A stretch of DNA of 57,060 bases, filler included, from Dugesia japonica (Eukaryota), in NCBI GenBank assembly GCA_001938525.1. It is 4 parts of 4 records of this genome, joined end to end, with 100 filler letters (N's around TTAATTAATTAA, not from the genome) between each part and the next. Parts side by side here need not be neighbours in the genome. Positions count along the whole stretch, not along the records: positions 17,758 to 28,507 come from MQRL01644503.1; positions 28,608 to 44,404 come from MQRL01608412.1; 2 more parts are not named here. One strand, written 5' to 3'. Made by a program: the position numbers and the translations under genes. Below are positions 24,201 through 36,189 of the stretch, piece after piece; position 1 is the stretch's first letter; every line of letters starts with the position of its first letter. The notes under the pieces were generated by a model that saw only the letters and a program-made list of their open reading frames with translations, was not told the DNA's origin and ran no database searches.

Positions 24201-26181
24201 TTACACTCCGCCGCATCCCCGGATGTCATTGTTAACAACTGGTCCTCGAGCTGACCCAGCAGAACTCCCTGTTGAATTAATGCATCTACAGTTCCTTTGA
24301 TTATTTTGAGTCCTTGTCGGAGCTGTGAGTTGTAGTGAGGCCTGAGTAGCGGTCAGCTGCTTCTTGGTACTCCGGAACTTCTCCACCAATCGCCAACCTT
24401 TAAAAAGCATCTCCGTTTTCACTTTCTCGTAAACCGCTTTCTGATCATTTAGCAGCTCGACGTCATTTCTCCAGGGAATTCAGAATGTGCCGGAATCACC
24501 GTCGTTGGTAAGGACCAGCGGAATATGAGGCTTGTAGTATTCAGTCATATTTCTGTTAAATAAAAATTATNGATTTTCTAATACCAATGTTAAATGCAAT
24601 TCAAAACAATAAAAAAATTAATTAATTAACGTTTCTTCGGCCTGCGGCCTATCAATTCTGATTCCTCGCTTTCTGTAGTATGAACCAGAGAAGATGTCCA
24701 CCAAAGCGGCCATCTCTAGTTCTCACTAGTGCGAAGCTCTAACAAGAACGTCCCCATTACTGTTTGAAAAAATAAGAATTTAGTATTCATTGCTTAATCA
24801 TAGTTAAATAGATTATTATGTTCCTAAATATTAAGTATTTTATTGATAAAAAACACAGCTTTAGAATTATAAAACTATATTATTTCATAACTCATTGAAG
24901 AAATCATTTACATAAAATAAAAAAATTAATTAAACCAAAACAAAATTCACTACAGAAATTCAATATGCAATTTTTATTCCTCAATCGAGCTCTCAGAAAT
25001 GATTCCTTAAAAAATCAATGACTTTTGGATATCGTTTTCTCATAAAATTCGACTCTCATTCTTCACTCATGTCTCTGTAATAATTTACTGATTTTTTGAA
25101 TATCATTTTCTCAAAAGTTTGGCCTTCATTTTCCACGCATATCGCTGTAATAATTTACTGATTTTTTGGGAGCTCGATCACCGTACGGCATAGAGGGTAC
25201 TCAGATGAGTATTCCGAGAATTTCTTAATTGAATCTACTATTATGACTAATATCTTTGAATAATTCATTCAATAATCCAATTAATTTACTCAATCGAATA
25301 AATTCGGTTAAAATAAAATTACAAGACTAAATGTTATTTATAACACAAATAATTCAATTCGGTCACCAAAAATACAATTGATGTAAACAAATATATAATT
25401 TCATTAATGAAAACAAAAATAATTTTATCCTTTCAAAGAAATAAATATTTTTATCCATTTAAAAAACATAATAAATTAATAAAATAAAAGGTACAAAAAA
25501 ATCGATAAATTATTAAATAAATCAGTTTAATCAATTAGAATAGTTATACTACTTACAATTTGTAATTTGTAAGTATCTAAATAAAAAGCCAAGTGACACT
25601 TTTAACGAGAGGCACTAAATGAATCATCTCTCGAAAAAAATTTCAGCGCACATACACGTATTACCATGCACGTAGTGAGAGGTGTATATTTTCCTGCATT
25701 CTAATTTGTCGATACTAGAACCTTTGTCTGAATAATTTTCTTACCAGGAGAGTATATTCCAGTGCGCTACTATCTACTTGCTCAAAGTTAATGCTTTTCA
25801 TTTCAATTGTTCAATATGAAATACGATTTGGGCTGAAATATCAAAAATATTTTGATTTTTAATGTTATTTTGTAGAATGTCATCTATTGTTCTCATATCC
25901 GTAGTTTTTGTGATCGATATTTAACTTTTAAAAATAATTTTAAACTATTTTTTTAGGAGCTAATCAAAACGATTATATTCAAAAATGTGCTGAGAATTCC
26001 TTGGAATTTCAATTATTAGAGTTTGGTGATATAAATTTGGAACAGTCGAATGGCACTTTTCTTAAATACAAAATGTCATTAATTGATTGCTTACCATTTA
26101 ATGTGCAAGCCTCTGATAACATTGATGAATTAACAGATTTAACTATTACTACAAAATTTCTTCATTATTCTAATAGTCAGG
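18213..26181 (+). CDS. MAPK8IP3: JNK-interacting protein 3/4 homolog (sunday driver/UNC-16), internal exons only
   Basis: Exons 18213-18299 (FSRLF), 18342-18498 (GWSLP...PMPIYCRPLLE), 22908-23039 (ITCAVSVNFSRG..VGSSIFY), 23079-23268 (VWICTS...IIVDANKP.DYLDAF...VQCMGSVPG), 25957-26181 (GANQNDY); all GT-AG and phase-compatible. Confidence 0.88.
20063..20567 (-). pseudogene. Possible LTR-retrotransposon gag remnant in JIP3 intron
   Basis: KPRFFDG...EFASYNQ pattern resembling the N-terminus of retrotransposon capsids; frameshifted. Confidence 0.3.
20614..21886 (+). mobile_element. Full-length inactive mariner (mellifera-like), ~1.27 kb
   Basis: Imperfect ~27-bp TIRs sharing TTTTAAGTTCTGCATA, TA at both ends; transposase 20786-21820 with RWIPHLL, (G)YESWIY, HHDNA, HSPYRPALSP, GEYFDKQ*; frameshifts. 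Confidence 0.93.
23573..25698. mobile_element. Putative ~2.1-kb insertion with imperfect ~30-bp TIRs and GC-richer coding-like cargo
   Basis: TGCACCTAAAATGTACACCCCCTAGCGTGCAT versus reverse complement TGCAGGAAAATATACACCTCTCACTACGTGCAT. Confidence 0.45.
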
Positions 26182-26899
26182 GTAGTATTTTATATATTTT
26201 CATAACTAAATTTTAAATATATTAAGTTTAATCCGTTAAAAGGAAAAATATTGACTAAACAAGTTTTCTATTATTGATTTTTAAAATAAATTTTGATGTT
26301 AGTTTCTAAATCACTAATTATTTGAATTGTGTTTCTATTAGTATTTTGTGACTAGAATGAATTGAATAAAACTATGTCGAAATATTGAACAATTTATGAA
26401 AATAGAAAAACATCAATTTTGATCTTTATATTTTGAAGTTTCTTTTGACAAATACAGATCAATGATTAACAAGTGAAATCATTTATGTTAGTTTTAGTTT
26501 AAAGCAGTTGGTCTTAATCTTTTTTAAGGTCACATGACACTTGATAATAAATAAATGTACTTATTTTTAATATATGGTAAGTAACATTAATGTCTAATAG
26601 AACATCAATTAATTAGTAAAAATAATATTTAAATGATTTAAAAATTTTCTATGAACTTGGAGTTATTTGAACGTGCTTAATTTTAAAAACTTCATTCATA
26701 TCATATCTTATTGGTTTTATAGTTCAAATTAACCCACAATAAAATACAGTTAATTTTATTGATTATTTTATTAATTTATAATGAAATCAATATAAATAGG
26801 AAATAAAAATTTAAACAAAATCGTCATGAATAACAAAGTAAATATTTTACATATATTATTATATTTAAACTTTATTAATCAAAATAAAAACCAACAGCT

Positions 26900-27180
26900 T
26901 CAATTAATTTCTTTCAACGTAAAACAAGTTTAATTCCGGTCAGAGTTTCTGGTGACAAGGAAATCGTCGAAAGTCATTTCATTATCAGTTCTGTTTTTAG
27001 AGCATTTTCTGCAAGAGATTGTACATAATCTGTTGGTGAGAGGTCTGATGAGAATGGGAGATGAGGCCTAATTTTGTAGCTCAACTCATTTAATTTGTGC
27101 AGCGTTCTTTGTGCAATGTATGGATGCGAATTGTCGTTCATATCATTACATCACCACGGTCCAATCATTGTGCCGAACAT
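26900..27180 (-). pseudogene. Second mariner transposase fragment (different subfamily)
   Basis: NDNSHPYIAQRTLHKLNELSYKIRPHLPFSSDLSPTDY corresponds to HDNARPH..TL.KL.ELG.E.LPHPPYSPDLSPTDY. Confidence 0.8.
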
Positions 27181-29220
27181 CATTTAAACAATCAAGAAAA
27201 GGGATCATCAATAATTATTATAAATTACGAAATAGATAAAAGATTGAACTTTCAAATGATATGAAATATTGTGAATATTTAAACAAATTGTGCAAACAAA
27301 ATAAAATAATTAAATGAAACTATTAAAAAACGACATTATTTTCGCCCCAACCTAGTACATAATTTTTATTGTCAAAACGATTAATAATTTCGGTTTCATT
27401 AATTGAAATATTGTTGAGAAAATTTTCCATTAAAATTTATTAAATATAGGTTTGTTTCCTAAAATAATATGGAATATTTAAACAAATTTGCTTATAATAT
27501 TTTAATAAGACTTCTTTTTTTCAGCCTTAGTAGATATGAAAATGTTATATAGAAGCATTTGACACTTTCAAATAATGAGTTTTAGTAATGTGGTTAAAGA
27601 TTGGATCACTCGAGGTATAATTTGCGAACGATACAGATATATTTCCTACAATGTTGAATCTATAAATAATACTACCGTATTATAAAAAATATAAAGGGAG
27701 TAAATATACACGTACACACCAGAACAGTTGAGAAGGATTTGGGTCTATTATGTTCGAATTTGGTCAATTTTGGTAATAAATGTCATCTAGTTGGTTGAAA
27801 TTGGCTTGGGGTGGTCAAAACGTTTCTCATTCAGGTTGATTTTGGTTAATTATATCCTCGCAATGGTCGAATTCGGTTGACTTTGATAAAAAATTTGCTC
27901 GGAATTGTCGATTTTGATAAGAATATTCCTCGGAGTGGTCGAATTTGCTCAAATTCGAGGAAAAAGCTAATTTTGTTTAAATATTTTAATTTTTTAAAAG
28001 TAATGAAAATTTTTATGAAAATCCGTGTAAACGAACCAAATTTTACAAATGTTTTGAAAATTTTTATATTGAGATTTTTAGACCAATCGACTCAGGGTGA
28101 CTTAGGATTCATTTCTATCAAGAAAAATCTTTGCGGAAAATAAAAAGTATCTCAAATTTGATCATTAACCTGTCTATTCGATAGAGAATTTTACACTGAT
28201 CATAACTGGCCTAGTTAAAAATAGCCAAATTTTATTGGGGGCTTAGGAAAATTTGATAAACCCGANNNNNNNNNNNNNNNNNNNNNNNNNNNNNNNNNNN
28301 NNNNNNNNNNNNNNNNNNTAGAATTTTTCGCTTATCAAGAAAATATCACATACAATTACTTAATTTTGAACGAGAAAAATCGAAAATCATGGTCAAAAAT
28401 CCCGAGGATGCTTAACAGACAAATAAAAAATTATTTTTAATTTTCATCCAAATTTAATGATTTATATACCATTCGATGCAGAATTTTTCAATGATCATGA
28501 AAATAGGNNNNNNNNNNNNNNNNNNNNNNNNNNNNNNNNNNNNNNNNNNNNTTAATTAATTAANNNNNNNNNNNNNNNNNNNNNNNNNNNNNNNNNNNNN
28601 NNNNNNNGTTCTCCAAGACCTATGACTCCTCCGATGAGTCAAGGTCTTTGTTCAAATCGGCGATGACTCATCATTATGACTAATTTCTTTGTTACAAAAA
28701 ATATGAGTCATACAAATTTTTCATAATCATTATTTAATTTAGCTAATTACTATTTGCAAGAAGTTTATAAGCGACTAATATTTCTTAGTGATCTAGTGCG
28801 CTACTATCTACNNNNNNNNNNNNNNNNNNNNNNNNNNNNNNNNNNNNGAGTGTTCTAACACTCTCAGAGCTATATCATGACAAAACAAGCAGCTTACGTG
28901 TCTTACAACGTGGTATTTTCCATAATTTACGAGGATGTAATAATAATCACGTGTTGCAACGTTCCATAACTGAAACACGTAATTGTTGGCGATGTTGTGT
29001 ACGAGAATGTCGTAATGATATAGATGTGATAAGGGTTTATGGAAAAAGAAAAACAAATTGGAAACTAGTTAATTAATTAAAACATTTGAAAACGTTCAAA
29101 TATTTTTCAATTATTTTTCATAAATATAATTAAATTGGTAATCAAAAAGTCTAAATATTTATTAAAAACTACACAAAATTATCAATTATCAACTATAATC
29201 TATCATCTTGAATATTCGAT

Positions 29221-29901
29221 TTAGGAGACAAAACTAAGATAGGGTTTTTTGAAAAAACATTTCCCAACAGCTATCACACCTACAGCACCTACTAATGGCA
29301 TTAATCCACCAAATAGACTAATTCTAAATCCTAAATGTCTTCTTTCCACATCTACAAAACAAATTTAACAAATTCTATATTTTACCAATAATATTCTCAC
29401 CATCAGCTGTATAATAATGAGCATACAAATATCGGCCAATCAAATACAAGTTACCGGCAATTATCGTGAATTTCTTAATTAAAATCAATCATTTCATAAC
29501 ATCATCAGAGTAATCAATAAAATTATACTGGAAATTCNNNNNNNNNNNNNNNNNNNNNNNNNNNNNNNNNNNNNNNNNNNNNNNNNNNNNNNNNNNNNNN
29601 NNNNNNNNNNNNNNNNGCTATAATATGTTACTAATTTTGATGCGAACGTTGAATACAATTAAATTCATCGCTGGTGCTTGAATACATAGCAGGGCACTAG
29701 TAAATATTTGAAACTATCTAAGCATCACAATTACAAATTAACCTTCACATTATATTTTATACGAGCTTTTGCTACTCTATACATCAAATAGAAGTTCAAC
29801 AAGTATGTTTCAGCAAGTATCATTAATACACCGCCATATCCCATAATGGCAACTTCATTATGAACAATTGAATGAAAATCTTTAGAAATAAAACTTCCCA
29901 T
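29221..29901 (-). CDS. MGST3: Microsomal glutathione S-transferase 3-like (MAPEG), paralog 1; exon 3 partly in gap
   Basis: VAKARIKYNVK|CPAMYS..FNCIQRSHQN...YLIGRYLYA; same exon structure as paralog 2. Confidence 0.88.
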
Positions 29902-32008
29902 CTAAAAATATTTAATTCTATACTTGTGACCAATTCATTTAAAAAGTATTAATTTCTAATTTATACTTTTTAAATAAATCTAATTAAATAGAATTTACTA
30001 AAGATATCTTATTAAATATTTTTTATTGGTTAAATAACATTTAATTAACCTATTATTTATTAATCAATAAATTATTAATTAATTCTATTTACTAAAAGCA
30101 ATATGCGTGACCTCGAAATTTTATTATTGATTATCTTAAACAAACTGTAGGCGCGTGAAACGTATTATACTATTAAATAGATTGAGATCACGTTTTATAA
30201 AAATAAATAACTTATTTTTTAAATGCAAATACATTACAAAACATTATTTTACCTTGAAAAAATACTAAAGTTTTGGAAGTCTTGCATTTATTGGTTATTT
30301 ACTTATTTAATGACTGAATTGTAATATAAATCTTAAAATATTTTTTTAAAAAATGATTTATGTATTTAATAAGAACATTTAAATTAAATCGAATTGTTTT
30401 AATTTCGTTACAANGAAAACTGTTGTTAGAGGGACATTATTGAATAAAAATAGTTTCAAGTTAAACAATAATTGAATATAATTTACTTTAACCCGTAACG
30501 TAAGGTTTTGCAAATCCTTACGAAGTTACTACTGAATTATTTAATTTTCGTCTAAAAGAACATGAATTATTTATCGATTAATTAATATTTCCATAATCTC
30601 TATTTAGTAAATGTCTCGACAGGTATATTAAATTTGATTTGTGTTGANNNNNNNNNCTAATGAAAAGCAATAGTAATATTTATGTGATGTCTAATTATTG
30701 ATTGTAAAGAAATATTACACTTGGATTTGTGTGTATATTTAAGACTGAATTGAATCTAACTTTTCATTTAATGTTTCCATTGTATAAGTTCGTATAATAA
30801 GTCTGATAAATAATTTATGTTAAAATTAATTGAGGTTTATACAAGGAAAATAAATATGGAATTTCAATTTTTCCTATTACAATTATAATTAAATAAAAAT
30901 TCAATTTTCCAAAAAATTTAGGTATTTAGACCCAAATATTGTCATAATAGAGAATGCAAATTTTTTCAACTCGTATGAGTTTGGGAGGATATTCCAAGTG
31001 TTAAAAATCATAATATCTGCTTTCTGTACTTCGTGTTCATACAGTGGTATGTTTCATCACTGTCTATGTTATTGTATTTTAGTAGCTGTGTATGGTGCTC
31101 ACCCATTTACACGATAGTTTATATTATGCTCATGACATTCGATGATGGCTTACCGCATGGTTAGATAATTTTCTAGATTTTATTCTTGCACTGCTTTTAA
31201 ATCTGGTCCTCACTCAACCAGAACGAACTGAAAATAAATTGATAATATTTGCAGCGGAAAATAATAATTTTCTGAAAATTTGCAAGTACTTATAAATAGG
31301 AAATACTGCAAAATTACTTATACATAATTCAATATAATTGCTAAATTTTAACATATAATTCTTATCTTTAACTGCATCTAATTTTATTTTCATAAATCTT
31401 ATTTTCTCTTTAAATAATATGTATTGAATAATAATAAAAATAATAATATCGTAAATAATAATTTTACATTTTAATACTTTTTATAAAAATTATAATAATA
31501 TAATTTTTCTACTTAAATCTGGCGGATAATATAATACTTTATTGTTTATAATAGTGATGATGATTTATTTCGCTCTTCTTTTCTTATTCTTTCTCTTTAT
31601 TCTATTAAAATGTTTCAACTTAATTATTTTTTTAATCCTTTTTTTCATTAATATAATTTTATTTTAATATATGAATACTTTTAATACATTTATATAAACT
31701 ATGAATAAAAATATATAATACTTATTTCGCTTATATTCTACTTTTCGATCTCTTTAATTTATTTAGAAAAATATTAAACAGTTTGTAGTATTGGCTGTAG
31801 ATCTGAAATATAAGGAAATTAATGTATACATACAATCATTAACTTTTCCAGTTTTTAACATACATCAGATTGAAGAATTATTAATTAAAGAAGATACAGA
31901 AGATCAATATAATTTATAATAATAAAATAAATTAACCAAGTAGAATTCAGTAAAATTAATTCAAAAAATATTTCTACTTTAACAAAAAAAAATTGAATAA
32001 ATCAAAAA

Positions 32009-32150
32009 GTCTATTCCTGACGAAGACAAAGTCAAAAATTTGAAATATTATCAAGAAATAAAAAAAGAAAGACAATATTTTTATGGAAGCTTTTAATTTA
32101 ATGAAATCTCAAATGGTTAAATCCTACAATTATTCTCGAAATAATTGTAA
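32009..32150 (+). mobile_element. Decayed single-arm copy of the hammerhead element
   Basis: CTATTC-CTGACGA-A-GAC AAA GTC-AAAA followed by the family tail AATGGTTA...CAATTATTCTCGAAATAATTG. Confidence 0.6.
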
Positions 32151-33129
32151 ATATAAAATATCAGATTCTGTCTATTATAGTTACAATATCCTTGTCCTCT
32201 ATCATATTTCAATAACAACTAAGTAATCAGAATATTTATTAAATAAAATTATAACGTTAATTCGTATTATTTAAACAACGTTATTTGGAATTTCCATAAC
32301 TATTATAAAAGGTCAAACAGGAACCCAAACACAGATGGTGCACTGAAATATTTTAGACAATGATTCAAAAGTCTCCGGGCTGTATCTAGTTCTCGTTATT
32401 GAGTTATATTAGAGCCAAAACACTATGACTCAAACAATTTAATAGAGTTTTTTTCCATGTTTTTTATATTGTTTTATTTATGTAATCGATTATAAATTTA
32501 TTAATATTCTTTCATTTGTTGATATTATTAATAAATTTTGAATAACAGTTGAGTAGAAATTTGTTCATTAAAAGTATATAATGTCTATGATTTCAATATT
32601 TTAGGGACGAGAAAAGACAAAAATTATACACAAGGGTCCTAAGTGTGTCCCAGACCGTCTTTCATTGTCTATTATTCCCATAATTCTAGGAAAAAATTGG
32701 ATGACACATAAATCTTATAAAGAATACTTTTTTATTTTAAAAAGAGTAATGCGATGAGAATTAACTGTAAAATATGAACCTACACAAAATCTGGGTATCT
32801 CGACTGTTGAACTAAAAATAAATCAAAATACTAATTTGATTTTTAATATTAAGCAAAATATTCAGAATAAATTAGAAATAACAATTAATCAATGAATGTT
32901 AAAAGAAAATAATTCTTAATAGTATATNNNNNNNNNNNNNACAAACAAGATAGAACCTGCATGATATAACAATAACATTAGAATAATAATAAAACCAATT
33001 CCAAATTCATCATCATTTTAACTATTTACTGTTTCATTATTAATTTATGGTTTAGAAACGATTTTCATTTTTCATTTTCCATCGAATTCAATTATTAAAA
33101 TAGTCTAAATTAATGATTAAAATAATTAT

Positions 33130-33330
33130 TTCAGGGGGAGGATGGGTCTATCATGCCACGGGTGCCTCTCACAGAGGACCGCCAAATGATACCCAAGACA
33201 AACAGATTTTCTGCGTCCAAAAAAAGATTTTTTAACTTAATTAATTAATTACTGCTTAATGTTTTTTGGGAGGTGGAGGTTCCAAAAGGGTATTGCGCCC
33301 AGAGCGTCATTTATGTTCACTACGCCACTG
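33130..33330. repeat. hAT-type terminal fragment
   Basis: GC-rich stretch ending CTACGCCACTG (CAGTGGCGTAG-type TIR). Confidence 0.5.
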
Positions 33331-34309
33331 GCAATGACAACATCAAAATCCTAATTCAACGATATCATTCCTTTTTTCCTTAATTTGAAATTGTTTTCCA
33401 ATTATTCTTTAAATCGCTATTTAAATAAAATGACAAATTTTTATTTCATTTTAGAAGTCATTCAATTAGCTATTTTATTATTTGATCAAATCAGCGTTTC
33501 ATTAAAAAGTACATAATTGGTTATTTGTGATGGTTACTGCATTTACCGACGTATCAAAACCACATTATTGACAATTGATATTTTAATATTTATCAACGAG
33601 AAATATCATAATATTCAACAATCAATAAATTCAATTAAATAGTAAATCGTTTTATAGCAAATTATTTTCGATTTGAAGCACAATTATTATTTATTATTGA
33701 TAATTATTTTCCATTTAGTTAAAAGGAATTGTTATTCATTTAAAATATTTTGGCAGCTATTATGATAATTTAATTATTCANTAGCATAAGATAACGATAC
33801 CAACGACTTCAAACTGGGATTGAATAAAATTGAAAAAATGAATATATTTTAAAATTTTTTATTAAGAATTAATTTTTTGAAAAATTTTAAATTATTTTAA
33901 TTTCAAAATAAATTAAAAATATTTGTTAATATTTTGTAAAATAAAAATGTATATTAAAATAACTGTAATCATAATAATAATAAATAATAATAATAAAAGA
34001 TAAGACTTCGAATATGGTTACAAACTATAACACTTATTAATAGTATTTTAAACAAAAATAATATTGTTTCTTGGGAGCTACTCTAAAAAAGGTAAAAATA
34101 AGACCTTAATTAAAATTAAATTTTAAAAAATAAAATTAAGATGAATTTAAATAAAATTAATTAATTAAAATATTTCAAAACGTTCAAATATCTTTCAATT
34201 ATTTTTCATAAATTTACTTTATATTGATAATCAATAAATCGAAATATTTATTAAAAACTACACAAAATTATCAATTATCAACTAAAATCTATCATCTTTA
34301 TTATTCGAT

Positions 34310-34988
34310 TTAGGAGACAAAACTAAGATAGGGTTTTTTGAAAAAACATTTCCCAACAGCCATCACACCTACAGCACCTACTAATGGCATTAATCCTCCA
34401 AACAGACTAATTTTGAATCCCAGACCTCTTTTCTTTACATCTACAAAGTAAATTTAACAAATTCTATATTCTACAAAAAATATTCTCACCATCAGCGGTA
34501 TAACCACGAGCATACAAATATCGGCCAATCAAGTACAATTTACCGGATATTATTGCGACTTTCTTAATAAAAATCAATCGTTTAATAACATCTCACAGTA
34601 ATCAATATAATTATACTGGAAATTCCAGACCACAAACTAACAGAAAAGGAATAAAAAATGAAGTATTTTCAAGACTAGAATTAATTTTATACATTACAAA
34701 ATTAACTGTAACTTGTTACTAATTTTGATGAGAACGTTGAATACAATTAAATTCATCACTAGCTTCTGAATACATAGCAGGACACTAGAAATTTATTTGA
34801 ATATTTAACCAACACAATAACGAGTTAACCTTCACATCATATTGTTTACGAGCCTTTGCTACTCTATACATCAAATAAAAATTGAGCAAGTATGTTTCAG
34901 TAAGTATCATCAATACACCGCCATATCCCATAATCGCAACTTCACTATGAATAATTTTATGCAAATCTTTAGAAAAAAAATTTCCCAT
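34310..34988 (-). CDS. MGST3: Microsomal glutathione S-transferase 3-like (MAPEG), paralog 2
   Basis: Exons 34830-34988, 34720-34784, 34617-34674, 34490-34562, 34310-34440; introns 45, 45, 54, 49 nt; FNCIQRSHQNYLE and GRYLYARGY motifs. Confidence 0.92.
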
Positions 34989-36189
34989 CTACAAAGTTTA
35001 CCGTTATACTATTAATTTCATTATTCATATATAAAATATTAGTTTCAGATTTTATTTCACTTTCTTAATAGATATATTTAAATTCCTCTTACTAAATAAA
35101 TTTTTTTAAATCGATTAAATAAAAAATATTTAATTAAATTGATCTAATTAGTTAAATAATATTTAACGTAAGCNCGCAAATGAAATCGAATTACGTGACC
35201 TCGAAGTTTAATTACAAAATGAATTGATTATTAAAAACAAATCGTAAATTGGGTGAATTATGTAATTTAATTATAAATAATATTTAATATTTCTGACTGT
35301 GTGTGATTTAAAAATTTAAAAAATAAACCTTTTTAAAATAAAAAATTTTAAAATTGTCATATTGGATAAGCAAATCAATTTTTTAAAAGAAAACAATTAA
35401 TAAGACTAATTGTTTCATCGAAACCATAAGTACTTTCAAAACATACAATAACTAGTCAGAATCCTAATTAAAAACTACTAGAGTTAATTAATTTAAAAAT
35501 TATAGTTTTTCAAAAATTATCAAAGAATATTTAAAGATATGAAATTAACAATATGAAAATAATAATAATTAATAAAGGGCTATTCAATTTTTTAAAGCAA
35601 CTAGAAAGTAACCGCTTATAAATTCCAAAAAATTAAAGTTCTTAATAAATAACTTTGTTTNNNNNNNNNNNNNNNNNNNNNNNNNNNNNNNNNNNNNNAA
35701 ACATTATCTTGTTAAGGGATAATAGAAAGGTACCAGATTTTGGATAAAACACGTCACACACAAGATAGCCCCGTTTGGACCACGTACTTTTGAAAGCGCA
35801 ACATACAAATCCCTATCTTTTTCAAGTTCTTTGAAATTAATTGGAGAATTATTATTAATAATATACATACAAAGTATTTTTGTCCTTAAGGGATTTATTG
35901 TCGTCTTTTAATTTTGAAAATTTTAATTTTTTGACAATGCTGTGCTTTCAAAAGTAGACCGTCAAGCCGAGGGCCAAATTGTTTGAAGATTTTTCGTAAC
36001 GCATATACAATACATTTATATACAAAATTAATATTTTATAAATAATTTTGTAAATAAAAATATGTAACATTTGTTTTTAAAATTTTCACTGAATGTAATT
36101 TATGCAATTTTACTTTTTAAATAATTTAGCCAAATTTTCCGATTTACATATTTGAATAATCGCGTAAATTTTATTTCGATTTTTAAAAA

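Noticed and set aside
27044-27070. CTGATGA hammerhead-like start (also ~21732)
   Set aside because: No stem II-GAAA follows; both lie within mariner coding sequence.
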